Assembly: GCA_002269645.1 (NCBI GenBank)
Contig: NIVC01003356.1
Location: forward strand, 38,615 to 102,614
Length of the DNA stretch: 64,000 nt
Reading direction: 5' to 3'
From: Macrostomum lignano
Lineage: Eukaryota
The notes below the pieces were generated by a model. It had not been told where the DNA came from, did not search any database, and saw only the letters and a list, made by a program, of their open reading frames with translations. Positions 47,825-60,000 of this stretch are shown in pieces; the stretch's first letter is position 1, and the number at the start of each line of letters is the position of its first letter. A program made the translations under genes and the position numbers.

Positions 47825-49420
47825 AATCTTTGAGTAGCTTATCTGAGCAGTTTTTGAGTAGCTTATCTAAGGAGTTATTAAGTAGCTTATTTGAGTAGTT
47901 TTTGAGTAGCTTATCTGAGCAGTTTTTGAGTAGCTTATCTGAGCAGTTTTTGAGTAGCTTATCTGAGCAGTTTTTGAGTAGCTTATCTAAGGAGTTATTA
48001 AGTAGCTTATTTGAGTAGTTTTTGAGTAGCTTATCTGAGCAGTTTTTGAGTAGCTTATCTAAGGAGTTATTAAGTAGCTTATTTGAGTAGTTTTTGAGTA
48101 GCTTATCTGAGCAGTTTTTGAGTAGCTTATCTGAGTAGTTTTTGAGTAGCTTATCTGAGTAGTTTCTGAGTAGCTTATCTGAGTAGTTGTTGAGTAGCTT
48201 ATCCGAGTAGTTTCTGAGTAGCTTATCTAAGTAGTTTCTGAGTAGCTTATCTGAGTAGTTTCTGAGTAGCTTATCTGAGTAGATTCTGAGTAGCTTATCT
48301 GAGTAGTTTCTGAGTAGCTTATCTAAGTAGTCTCTGAGTAGCTTATCTGAGTAGTTTCTGAGTCGCTTATCTGAGTAGTTGTTGAGTAGCTTATCTAAGT
48401 AGTTTCTGAGTAGCTTATCTGAGTAGTTTCTGAGTAGCTTATCTGAGTATTTGTTGAGTAGCTTATCTAAGTAGTTTCTGAGTAGCTTATCTGAGTAGTT
48501 TCTGAGTAGCTTATCTGAGTAGTTGTTGAGTAGCTTATCTAAGTAGTTTCTGAGTAGCTTATCTGAGTAGCTTATCTGAGTAGTTGTTGAGTAGCTTATC
48601 TAAGGAGTTATTAAGTAGCTTATTTGAGTAGTTTCTGAGTAGCTTATCTGAGTAGTTGTTGAGTAGCTTATCTGAGTAGTTTCTGAGTAGCTTATCTAAG
48701 TAGTCTCTGAGTAGCTTATCTGAGTAGTTTCTGAGTCGCTTATCTGAGTAGTTGTTGAGTAGCTTATCTAAGTAGTTTCTGAGTAGCTTATCTGAGTAGT
48801 TTCTGAGTAGCTTATCTGAGTATTTGTTGAGTAGCTTATCTAAGTAGTTTCTGAGTAGCTTATCTGAGTAGTTTCTGAGTAGCTTATCTGAGTAGTTGTT
48901 GAGTAGCTTATCTAAGTAGTTTCTGAGTAGCTTATCTGAGTAGCTTATCTGAGTAGTTGTTGAGTAGCTTATCTAAGGAGTTATTAAGTAGCTTATTTGA
49001 GTAGTTTCTGAGTAGCTTATCTGAGTAGTTGTTGAGTAGCTTATCTGAGTAGTTTCTGAGTAGCTTATCTGAGTAGTTTCTGAGTAGATTATCTAAGTAG
49101 TTTCTGAGTAGCTTATCTGAGTAGTTTCTGAGTAGCTTATCTGAGTAGTTGTTGAGTAGCTTATCTGAGTAGTTTCTGAGTAGCTTATCTGAGTAGTTTC
49201 TGAGTAGCTTATCTAAGTAGTTTCTGAGTAGCTTATCTGAGTAGTTTCTGAGTAGCTTATTGAGTAGTTTCTGAGTAGCTTATCTGAGTAGTTGTTGAGT
49301 AGCTTATCTAAGTAGTTTCTGAGTAGCTTATCTGAGTAGTTTCTGAGTAGTTGTTGAGTAGCTTATCTAAGTAGTTTCTGAGTAGCTTATCTAAGTAGTT
49401 TATGAGTAGCTTATCTGAGC
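47825..49420. repeat. 24-bp minisatellite in ValRS intron 5 (GAGTAGCTTATCTGAGTAGTTTCT)
   Basis: Directly visible. Confidence 0.96.
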
Positions 49421-49474
49421 ATATTGCAAACAATATTATGCAGTATAATCCCAAAATCCAAAAATGACACGAAC

Positions 49475-49777
49475 CTCAAGCGTGATGCCATTAATGACGT
49501 CCATTGGATCGATGACGTTGCCCTTAGATTTGGACATTTTCTGTCCATGAGAGTCGCGAACAATAGCGTGAAGATACACGTAGCGAAAGGGCAGCTTGTC
49601 CATCAATGTTAATCCGGCCATAACCATTCGGGCCACCCAGAAAAACAGGATGTCGTGTCCAGTCTCCAAAAGAGTGCCAGGATAGAATGTGCTCAATTCT
49701 AGAGTTTGATCTGGCCAATCGAATACGCTAAATGGAAATAGTTGAGAGCTGAACCAGGTGTCCAAGACGTCCGGGTC
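49475..49777 (-). CDS. VARS1: ValRS exon 5 (KMSKS motif)
   Basis: [39 protein letters not shown]. Confidence 0.97.
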
Positions 49778-49889
49778 CTGCGAGTGAAATTGTGAAGTTA
49801 CTTTAGAGCTTATCTTGAAATACTTCATTAATGAAAAGAAATCGGTAGGTAAAAAAGAGTCCTGTAAGTGACATCCTGAGATTCTCTGG

Positions 49890-50510
49890 TGGGGTCATAT
49901 GACACTCTGATGATTTCTCTTGGGTGAGGGGGTCATATGACACTCTGATGATTTCTCTTTGGTGAGGGGGTCATATGACACTCTGATGATTTCTCTTGGG
50001 TGAGGGGTCATATGACACCCTGATGATTTCTCTTGGGTGAGGCGGTCGTATGACTCCCCAATGATTTCTCTTGGATGAGGGGGTCGTATGACTCCCTCAT
50101 GATTTCTCTTGGATGAGGGGGTCGTATGACTCCCTGATGATTTCTCTTGGGTGAGGGGGTCGTATGACTCCCTGATGATTTCTCTTGGGTGAGGGGGTCG
50201 TATGACTCCCTGATGATTTCTCTTGGTGAGGGGGTCGTATGACTCCCTGATGATTTCTCTTGGGTGAGGGGGTCGTATGACTCCCTGATGATTTCTCTTG
50301 GGTGAGGGGGTCGTATGACTCCCTGATGATTTCTCTTGGGTGAGGGGGTCGTATGACTCCCTCATGATTTCTCTTGGGTGAGGGGGTCGTATGACTCCCT
50401 GATGATTTCTCTTGGGTGAGGGGGTCGTATGACTCCCCAATGATTTCTCTTGGATGAGGGGGTCATATGACTCCCCAATGATTTCTTAAGTGAGGGGTCA
50501 TATGACTCTC
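49890..50510. repeat. 38-bp minisatellite in ValRS intron 4
   Basis: GTCGTATGACTCCCTGATGATTTCTCTTGGGTGAGGGG units. Confidence 0.95.
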
Positions 50511-50582
50511 GCAGAAGGGGGTCATGAGATTCCTTATTGAATCACGGGATGGGTGGCTGGCTGCCAACACCTTTTTATTTAC

Positions 50583-50901
50583 CTGCTTTAAAGTCAGCCG
50601 GCCTTCAGCGGCCTCTTTAGGCCACTTGGCCCTGGCCTGAGCCATCGCCTCGTCATGGTTGCGCCTAATCAGCCAGGAGTCGCCGCTATTGGGGTCGCAT
50701 CCGCCTGCCGGTTTACCGTCGATCAGCGGCAGCCAAGCCGGCACCTGATGGCCCCACCAGAGCTGGCGGCTGATGCACCAATCGCGACAGTTGCTGAGCC
50801 ATTCGCGCCAAACTCGATTGTGATATTCGGGTATGAGCTGCAGTTCGCCAGATTCCACCGCGTCTAAGGCGCGCTTGGCCATGCCTTCGCAGCGGACGTA
50901 C
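50583..50901 (-). CDS. VARS1: ValRS exon 4
   Basis: (W)YVRC...DWCISRQLWWGHQVPAW; phase 2/0 junctions are consistent. Confidence 0.96.
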
Positions 50902-50924
50902 CTAGAGTGCAAGATTGAAGGCGA

Positions 50925-52160
50925 TTCTTCATAGAAATCTGGAGCGATTTTTTATAGAAATCTGGGGCGATTCTTCATAGAAATCTGGGGCGATTTTTCA
51001 TAGAAATCTGGGGCGATTCTTCATAGAAATCTGGGGCGATTTTTCATGGAAATCTAGGGGCGATTCTTCATAGAAATCTGGGGTGATTCTTCATAGAAAT
51101 CTGGGGTGATTCTTTATAGAAATCTGGGGTGATTCTTCATAGAAATTTAGGGGCGATTCTTCATAGAAATCTGGGGTGATTCTTCATAGAAATCTGGGGT
51201 GATTCTTTATAGAAATCTGGGGTGATTCTTTATAGAAATCGGGGGTGATTCTTCATAGAAATTTAGGGGCGATTCTTCATAGAAATCTGGGGTGATTCTT
51301 CATAGAAATTTAGGGGCGATTCTTCATAGAAATCTGGGGTGATTCTTCATAGAAATCTGGGGTGATTCTTTATAGAAATCTGGGGTGATTCTTCATAGAA
51401 ATTTAGGGGCGATTCTTCATAGAAATCTGGGGTGATTCTTCATAGAAATCTGGGGTGATTCTTTATAGAAATCTGGGGTGATTCTTTATAGAAATCTGGG
51501 GTGATTCTTTATAGAAATCTGGGGTGATTCTTCATAGAAATTTAGGGGCGATTCTTCATAGAAATCTGGGGTGATTCTTCATAGAAATCTGGGGTGATTC
51601 TTTATAGAAATCTGGGGTGATTTTTCATAGAAATCTGGGGTGATTCTTCATAGAAATCTGGGGTGATTCTTTATAGAAATCTGGGGTGATTTTTCATAGA
51701 AATCTGGGGTGATTCTTTATAGAAATCGGGGGTGATTCTTTATAGAAATCTGGGGTGATTCTTTATAGAAATCGGGGGTGATTCTTCATAGAAATTTAGG
51801 GGCGATTCTTCATAGAAATCTGGGGTGATTCTTCATAGAAATCTGGGGCGATTCTTCATAGAAATCTGGGGTGATTCTTCATAGAAATCTGGGGTGATTC
51901 TTTATAGAAATCTGGGGTGATTCTTTATAGAAATCGGGGGTGATTCTTCATAGAAATCTGGGGTGATTCTTCATAGAAATCTGGGGCGATTCTTCATAAA
52001 AATCTGGGGCGATTATTTATAGAAATCTGGGGTGATTCTTCATAGAAATCTGGGGCTATTTTACATAGAAACAGGGGCGATTTTTCATAGAAATCTAAGG
52101 TGATTAGAAATCTAAGGCGATTTTTATGTAAATCTGGGGCGATTATTACAGAAATCTGGG
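50925..52160. repeat. 23-bp minisatellite in ValRS intron 3 (GATTCTTCATAGAAATCTGGGGT)
   Basis: Directly visible, about 52 copies. Confidence 0.96.
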
Positions 52161-52311
52161 CAATTTTTCATCGAATTCAGGATTTTTAAAATAGAAATAG
52201 AACTTTGGGGCGAACTTTTTAATTCTGAAACCCTACGATTGTTAAATATTAAAGTCAAGTTATCACTGCACAACTTTTATAGTGTAAAACAAGCATGATA
52301 AAAGAACAAAC

Positions 52312-52683
52312 CATTGCGGCTTAATTAGCGGTTCAATAACGTCTTTGCTGCGACTACAAATTGGCACAACCATAGGATTGTCCTGCTCTCCAATCCAGAG
52401 ACCCTTGGCTTTCAAAGCGTCCACAACGCGTTGGCGAGCATCGAACCGGGGCAAACCGGAGAACTCGCCGCAATTGTCGGCGATGCGACCGTCCTCGCCG
52501 ATGACTGTGATAAAGGCGAGATTGTTACGAATGCCGCATTCAAAATCGTTGGTGTCGTGAGCCGGGGTGATTTTCACCGCGCCTGTGCCGAACTCGCGCT
52601 CGACAAAGCTGTCAGCAACGACGCGCATCTCCCGGTCGGGGAAGAACGGATGAACGATACGACGGTCGTGCATGTGCTTGTAT
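52312..52683 (-). CDS. VARS1: ValRS exon 3 (CP1 editing domain)
   Basis: FGTGAVKITPAHDTNDF, CSRSKDVIEP; phase 2/2. Confidence 0.96.
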
Positions 52684-52724
52684 CTAGGGGGAGCGGAGAG
52701 TTGGTTTCGAATAATTTAATTGCT

Positions 52725-53200
52725 ATTATCGATACATATCGGCCGAATACATTACATAATGTAATCCAATACGCTGATAAAGTGATTTTCGATACATATC
52801 GGCCGATTTTATAATCTAACATAAAACGCTGATAAAGTGATTTTTGATACATATCGGCCGATTTTACAATCTAATATAAAACATTGATAAAGTGATTTTC
52901 GATACATATCGGCCGATTTTACGATGTAATCCAATACGCCTATAAATTAATTTTCGATACATATCGGCTAACTGTACTATATAATGTAACACGCTGATAA
53001 AGTGATTTTCTATTCATATCGGCCAATCGACAATCGATCTAGATATGTGATTTTCGATACATATCGGGCAATTTTACCAATGATCTACTCTGATAATGAT
53101 TTTTTGATACATAACGGCAAGCTAATTTAAAATGACGCTTTCTAGTACATCATAACCTGTGCAAACTCTATTTTCGATACATTCGATACGGCAAAATTTC
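52725..53200. repeat. Degenerate ~55-60-bp repeat in ValRS intron 2
   Basis: Recurrent GATAAAGTGATTTTCGATACATATCGGCCGA. Confidence 0.8.
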
Positions 53201-53247
53201 AAACACAATCAACACAATTCTACAAGTAATTAATAACCGCAACCTAC

Positions 53248-53738
53248 CTAGGATCTTCCGGGTGCACAGCCACAGCAGTGTCGCCCAGCATAGTTTCCGG
53301 CCGAGTAGTAGCCACGACAATCTTCTCATCCGAATCTGCTAACGGATAGGCAAAATGGGTGAGCACGCCGAACTCAATGGGCTGCTCGTAGCCGGGCACG
53401 TGAAGCGCTTTCCTGCCAGTCAGTTCCTTCTTTTCCACTTCGATATCGGAGATGGCGCTGCGCAGGGTGCAGGACCAGTTAACCAGCCGGTTGGCCCGGT
53501 ACATCAGGCCCATGCCGTGCATGCGAACGAAGGCTTCAATAACGGCCCGACTCATTTTTGGTTCCATTGTGAATCGAGCCCGTGACCAATCGCATGAGCA
53601 GCCGAGATGACGCAATTGATAATAGATTCGATCGCCTTTCTCGTTGCGATAGCGCCAGATTTCTTGTTCGAATGCTTCCCGGCCGAGGTCGTGTCGGGTC
53701 AGGCCGCGCTCTCGCATCAGCTTCTTTTCCACTACAAC
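53248..53738 (-). CDS. VARS1: ValRS exon 2
   Basis: [48 protein letters not shown]. Confidence 0.97.
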
Positions 53739-53749
53739 CTGCGGCAGTT

Positions 53750-54345
53750 GGATATTGTGAGAGTGCTCAGACTTTGAGACTACTTAGATTATTGACTTGC
53801 CGATATTGTGGCAGTGCTCGGATTTTGAGAGTTCTAAGATTGTGGGAACGCTCAGATTGTGAGAGTGCTCAGATTGTGGGAGGGCTGAGATTATGGAAGT
53901 TCTAAGATAATGGGAGGGCCGAGATTGTGGAGTGCTCAGATTGTGAAAGTTCAAAGATGGTGGGAGTGCTCAGATAGTGAGAGTTCTAAGATTATGGGAG
54001 TGCTCAGATTGTGAGAGTTCTAAGATTGTGGGAGTGCTCAGATTGTGAGAGTTCTAAGATTGTGGGAGTGCTCAGATTGTGAGAGTTCTAAGATTGTGGG
54101 AGTGCTCAGATTGTGAGAGTTTTAAGATTGTGGAATGCTCAGACTGTGAGAGTTCTAAGATTGTGAGAGTTCTAAGAGATCGCGGGAGTGCTGAGATTAT
54201 GGTAGGGCCGAGATTGAGGATGTGTAGATTTTTAGAGTTCGACTATTGTGGGAGTGCCGAGATTGTGAGAGTGCTCAGGTTGTGGGAGTGTCAAGCTAAT
54301 GAGTGCTCAGATTGTGGGAGTGCCGAGATTGTGGGATTGATGAGA
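53750..54345. repeat. 34-bp (2x17) minisatellite in ValRS intron 1
   Basis: GATTGTGAGAGTTCTAAGATTGTGGGAGTGCTCA units. Confidence 0.9.
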
Positions 54346-54398
54346 TTTTAAGAGTTGATGAAACTGTGGGATCTGAAATGGCACCAGCCAACACAAAC

Positions 54399-54920
54399 CT
54401 GCGTAGCAATGCCAGCGTGATCGCATCCGGGATTCCACAGGGTGGTCTCACCCCGCATCCGGTGCCACCTAGTTAGGGTGTCCTCAATAGCGCTAGTCAA
54501 CGCGTGGCCAATATGCAGGCCAGCTGTGACATTCGGCGGCGGAATCACCATCATAAATATACCTCTGGGATTTGGTTTAGTAAAATCTGGCTGTTGATAT
54601 TCGGGCTTGAAGAAGCCTTTAGATTCCCACCATTCGTACCAGGCAGATTCAACATAGCGAGGCTCATAGGCCTCTGGTAGGGGACAGGCTGTGTTCTTAC
54701 GCTGCCCGGGCTCGTGCTCCCACTTGTACTCAGCTGGACCAGTTGGCTTCTCTGGCTTGCCAGCTTTCTTCTTTTTTGATTGCTTTTGTCCATCAGCAGC
54801 TGCTGCAGCGGCTTTCTGCTGCTCCTCTAACTGCTTCTTGGCTTGAAACTTGGCCAATTTGGCTGCTTTTTCAGCCTCCTTCTTTTGCTTCTTTTTGTCA
54901 GCTTTCTCTTTGTCAGCCAT
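54399..54920 (-). CDS. VARS1: Cytosolic valyl-tRNA synthetase exon 1; join(54920..54399,53738..53248,52683..52312,50901..50583,49777..49475,47783..47409,46756..46424,46136..45129) = 1240 aa
   Basis: K-rich N-terminus, [28 protein letters not shown] (HIGH motif), [11 protein letters not shown]. The spliced total of 3723 nt is one open frame. Confidence 0.96.
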
Positions 54921-57031
54921 GGTATTTCTTGTTCAAACTAATGATTGTAGCAAAAATTGTTGTTTTATTCTTGCATCAAAAGAGAATTGATCATTTCCAG
55001 TTTTAGGAAAAATTAAATTTCAAGTTAACCAGCTTGAATTGTAGTCATGCATGTTCAACTTTCTGAATTTTACCTGGCTGGTGCAACATAGTTCTTCATC
55101 AAACTGCAATATACATCCATCTGTCGAGATTTTTTGCAATATTGCTTTTCTCTGCTTGTAATTCAAGTTTTTTCTCTTTCTTGCCTCAACCATTTAATGC
55201 CTTTTTTAATTTATTTGTTTCTGTGATCATAAGTTTTTTTCCTTAACTTTCCTATATTTTTTCTTTGTTTTATAGATTTAATATTCAAGCTCTTGTCTTG
55301 TGAACAACATTTAAAAAAGTTTAGTGCTTGATTGTTTAATTATATACCTACTTGCCTTGGCTGGCATATCAACCAGCTGATGATATCTAGATACCAATAG
55401 TGTTTCATTGTAAATTATCACTATGGCTCTTATAATCCTATAAAAAATTTAGAAAAATAGGTATTTATACTATTTTAGTAAAATAAATGCTATTTTTATT
55501 AAAAAAAGAGTCATTTATAAACAACTTTTTATATTTACAAGCACACTCTTAGCTTTTTTTAATTGTAAAATTTATACAAAAGACAAAGAAAATACAAGTT
55601 ATATTAAAAAGACAATTTTTCTATTTAAAAAATAATGCATATTGATTTTTTATCAACTATCTTATTATTTATAAAAAATTATTTTACCATTGAAAATTTC
55701 ATTTTATATAGTTACATTCATATGAGCTAATAATATTAGATCTTTAGAAACTAAAGTATAAAAAATATATATTTAATATTAAGGTCATTCTTTATTGCTA
55801 AATTATCAGTTATAGTCAATAATTGTAAAGCAAAAAGTATCTGTACTATTAATTAGTATTGGAATATCTTATATTCTACTATTAGGCCCTAATAAATGCA
55901 TTAGGAATTTGTAAAAAGTGTTTTAAGACTCTAATGTCTGTAAAAGGCTTCACTTTTAGTAGATCAAATTTCTTTAAAAAATAATTTCAAAATTGCATTA
56001 TTTTGTTATATCATACACATATTTGAAATATTTTATATATTTTGTATATTTTATATGTTGTTATGATTAAAAAAGTAAGCAAAAAGTTTATTATAAAATA
56101 GAAGCCAACTGAAAGCCTAACCAAATAAACTGTTAAATGATAACTATTCTTGTAAATTGCAGTTCTTTCAAGCATGCTAATAATTTCTCCAGTTGTTTGT
56201 TCTTTTTAGAGACAAAATTCAATTAGCCTCAGGGCTAGTATTCACTCTTATGTTACTTCTTTTGAATAGTAGATAGCAACCTAAAAAGAGCACCAAAAAG
56301 GGATTTGATCCATTCTTTAGAATCTAGCAACTTGCCTTAGAAGGCAGAACATCTACCAAAAGGGTAGACTAATCTAGATATATAGTCTAAAAACTTTGCC
56401 CTAGGGCAGTAAACTTAGCAAAGTGTAAGCCATGATCCTCTAATCCCAGGAATGCCCAAGACTGAAAGAAAACTCTTTAGAGGAATAGAATAAGGGGATA
56501 TATATAAGAATAGAGTAGACAGTACCATAGGATTATTCAGGCCAATAAATATTTATATATGCTACTAGTAGATAAACACATGCTACCAATAGATAAATAT
56601 ATATGCTACCAAAGGATAAATACATGAAAGAAGTACATAAATATTAAGATAAATAACAACTTTAGCATTAATAACAATAGGATTACTCTAGAAGGCAGAA
56701 GTAACCCCTGTCCTCTATATCAACTTAGGGCCTAGTGATAGCAATGAGATCATTTTATAGGATAGAACCATAACACATTAACATTTATAACATCTTTTTT
56801 TCTTGTCTTGAATAATCTTGGGTTTTTACAAAAACTTGGGAAATTATTTTTAAATTATAAAAAAACCAAAACAATTTAGTATTTTAGAGTACTAATGTAT
56901 ATCAAACATGAAAATTTTGTTTTTTTGCTTTTTTAATTTCAATCAATTTTTGTGTCTATCATGAAAAAAAACAATCTACAATTGTTTAGCTTTCATATAC
57001 TAATATAGTATCAAAATTTTCTCATTTACTT

Positions 57032-60000
57032 CAGTGGCGCGTCCAAGGGGGCCAGGGAGGGCCTGGGCCCCCTTGTTAGGCCATAGGCCCCCCTGTGGCC
57101 CCCCCACTTTCAGTTCTGACTTCTGAACGTCGAATTTTTTCAAAAAAAATTGAAAAACCTTTTTATAATTTTAATTTTAGAAACAATACTACTATACTAG
57201 AAGTTTTTACACGAGCATAACTTTACATGGGTACAATATTCTTTACTCTCTGATCTGATAGTATGGCAAATTTCGTTTCGTTTGTTTTTATAGTATCTGT
57301 CGGTGTTTTTGGTTTTGTCTAACTTTAATTATAAAGTGCATTGCCTCTCAGACTTTATTGTTTTTATCTAACTGTTCAGTCTATATGGCTGTATCCTTCC
57401 AACCCCCAACCCCCTCCCCCACGCGTATAGCCTAACACTTGCACTGGGACAGGGAAAGGAGGGATAGGACAGACAGAAAGGGAAGGGAGAAGCGTGCTGA
57501 TAAATGTACATTTGGACAGGGACAAAGAGTTAAACCATCATACATTCAGGCAGTGTGTAAAAGACTACAGAGCATTGCCCCTCTGCCCCTTAAGATTTAA
57601 GTCACACTTTAGCTACTGCTCTCTTAAGTCTTAAGGTTCAAAAAAACGGAAATGTATTTTTAAGAATTGAATTAAAGAAGCCTGGCCAACAATGCAGAGG
57701 CCTGATATTCGAAGTTTTTTAAAAAGACCTAGCTCAGACCCGCGAGAAGATGATGAAGGTCCAGGCGAAAAAACTGATAGCCAGGCGAAAAGGCATAAGG
57801 ATCAACCAAGTGCCATCTCTACGATTGCGGATCAGGAGTCTGAACAGGATGCTCAACTGACTGGCTCTGAAACAAATTTTCCTGGCACTCCTGTTCTAGT
57901 TGAGACAGCTACCGCTGCCACTGCTACAGAGTCAGCCTCAGACAGTAGAACAATTGAGCAACCTTCTTCGAAGGCCCTATGTGATATTTCCCAGAATAAG
58001 GACGATCCACCCTGTCAGCCATTTTTGCGGAACTACCCAAAATCAGTTGGAACTTCAGGCAGTAAGTCGACAGTTATTTATATAATACTGTTTGTGCTAA
58101 TGGTTACTAGTGGCTAGTGCTAGTGGCTAAGGCTAGCTATACTGATATAGACGTATTTTTTAAAAGTTTGTAAAAATCAATGTAAAAATTTGTAAAAATC
58201 CTCCACAGGAACGGATAAGGCAAAGCAAAAGTCCCGTTCATTTCAATTCTCGTGGTTTGAGACTTACAAGTGGCTTGAGTATTTGCAAATGAAGGATTCT
58301 GCTTTTTGCTTTCCCTGCCGCCACTTCGCGCCTCCATCTATGCAAGAAGAGCCATCTTTTACTACTCAGGGATTCCGCAACTGGAAAAATGCTCAGTGTC
58401 AGGATGCAGGCTTTAAAAAGCATGCCCGCTCTCATTGCCACAGTTTAGCAATGCAAGCATGGTGTGACTACAAAGTAATGAAAGACACTGAAGGAACTGT
58501 ATTGAAACAGCTTGATGCTACGTACAAAGCTAAGGTAGCTGAGAACAGGCACTTCATTAAGTGTGTAGGAGAAGTATTACTTCTTACAGCAACTCAAAAC
58601 ATCGCCCAAAGGGGGCATCGCGAAAATGATGAGCAAGTAAATCCTGGAAACTTCAAAGTATTATTGAAGCTGATTGGCAGACATGACGAAATAATAAAGA
58701 AGATATCTGAACAGAAGAAGAATGCAAAGTACACGAGTGACACAATTCAAAATGAAGTTATTAACATTCTGGCAGACATGGTCCGTGATGTTGTTGTAAA
58801 CGACATCCAAGAAGCCAAATATTTTTCTGTGATTGTAGATGAGGCCAAGGATATATCTAAGGTTAAAATGATCTCCTTAATCATTCGTTTCTACAAGCAT
58901 TCAGAAGGAGTGCAGGAAGTCTTTATGGAATTTAAACCTGCTTCAGGACTATCTGCCCAATCACTTGCTAACTCACTAGTAGAAAGCCTTCAGAAATATG
59001 GCCTAGACACCGGATTTCTAGTTGGCCAAGGCTATGATGGAGCCTCAGTGATGAGCGGAGTTCATAATGGGCTCCAAAAGCTGATTCGAGACAAGTCGGA
59101 ACTCGCAATTTACATACACTGCTATGCACACTGCCTGAATCTATGTCTTGTTGATGCTTGCAAATCAGTGCCCTAGATTGAGGACTTCTTTTCTCTTGTG
59201 CAGAAGCTCTACTGTTTTATGTCAAACTTAGTTGTTCATCCTCAGTTTATTGACCACCAGAAGAAACTCTATCTTGGAAAGCCAGCCTTAGAGCTTCAGC
59301 GCCTCTCAGACACGAGATGGGCCTGCAGAGAGAAGGCGTGCAACAATATTCTTAATCGTATTGGCGCGATTCTCTCCGTTTTAAAAGAAATTAAGGAGCA
59401 GGACTCCGGAGATCGTGTTGTTGAAGCCACTGGAATTTTAGCTCAGTTGACCCGAAGCTTCGTACTAAGGCTAGTTCTTATGTGCGAAATTCTGACTCGC
59501 ACAAAGGCACTATCGGATTTCCTTCAACAAAAAGATTTAGACCTTGCTTCTGCTGTTGATTTGGCACAGTCAACAATCACCAAATTCCAAACTTTGCGCG
59601 ACAGCAACGAATTCTTAGAGAAAGTATTTCTGGACTCCCAGCAGTTAGGTAATGAGTGGAATATACCTGAGCCAGAACCAAACAGACAAACAAAACGCCC
59701 AAATAAGCGCTTCGATCAGTTTGTAACTTTTGAAAGGGATCATGTCGCTCAGCGCAACTCTGAATCTGGAGCAAACAGATTTCGAATTAATGTATATCTA
59801 CCGGTGATCGACTGCCTATTGTCGGAAATGCGACAAAGATTTGACCATGAAACAGCTGTTCTCTTTAAGGGAATTGGTTCTCTAAAGCCAAACTCGGACT
59901 GTTTTTTGGACGCTTCACAGCTGGAGGATTTAGGAGGCCTATTCAAATGTGACCAAGAGTTCCTGAAACTTGAGGTAATTCAAGTAAAGCGTCTGATTGA

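Noticed and set aside
54921-57031. AT-rich region upstream of ValRS examined for RNA genes or further ORFs
   Set aside because: No tRNA, rRNA or ncRNA signature and no coding signal recognisable by eye.
57692-58117. 141-aa ORF as an independent gene
   Set aside because: It is exon 1 of the hAT transposase (GTAAGT donor at 58062, in-phase acceptor at 58208).
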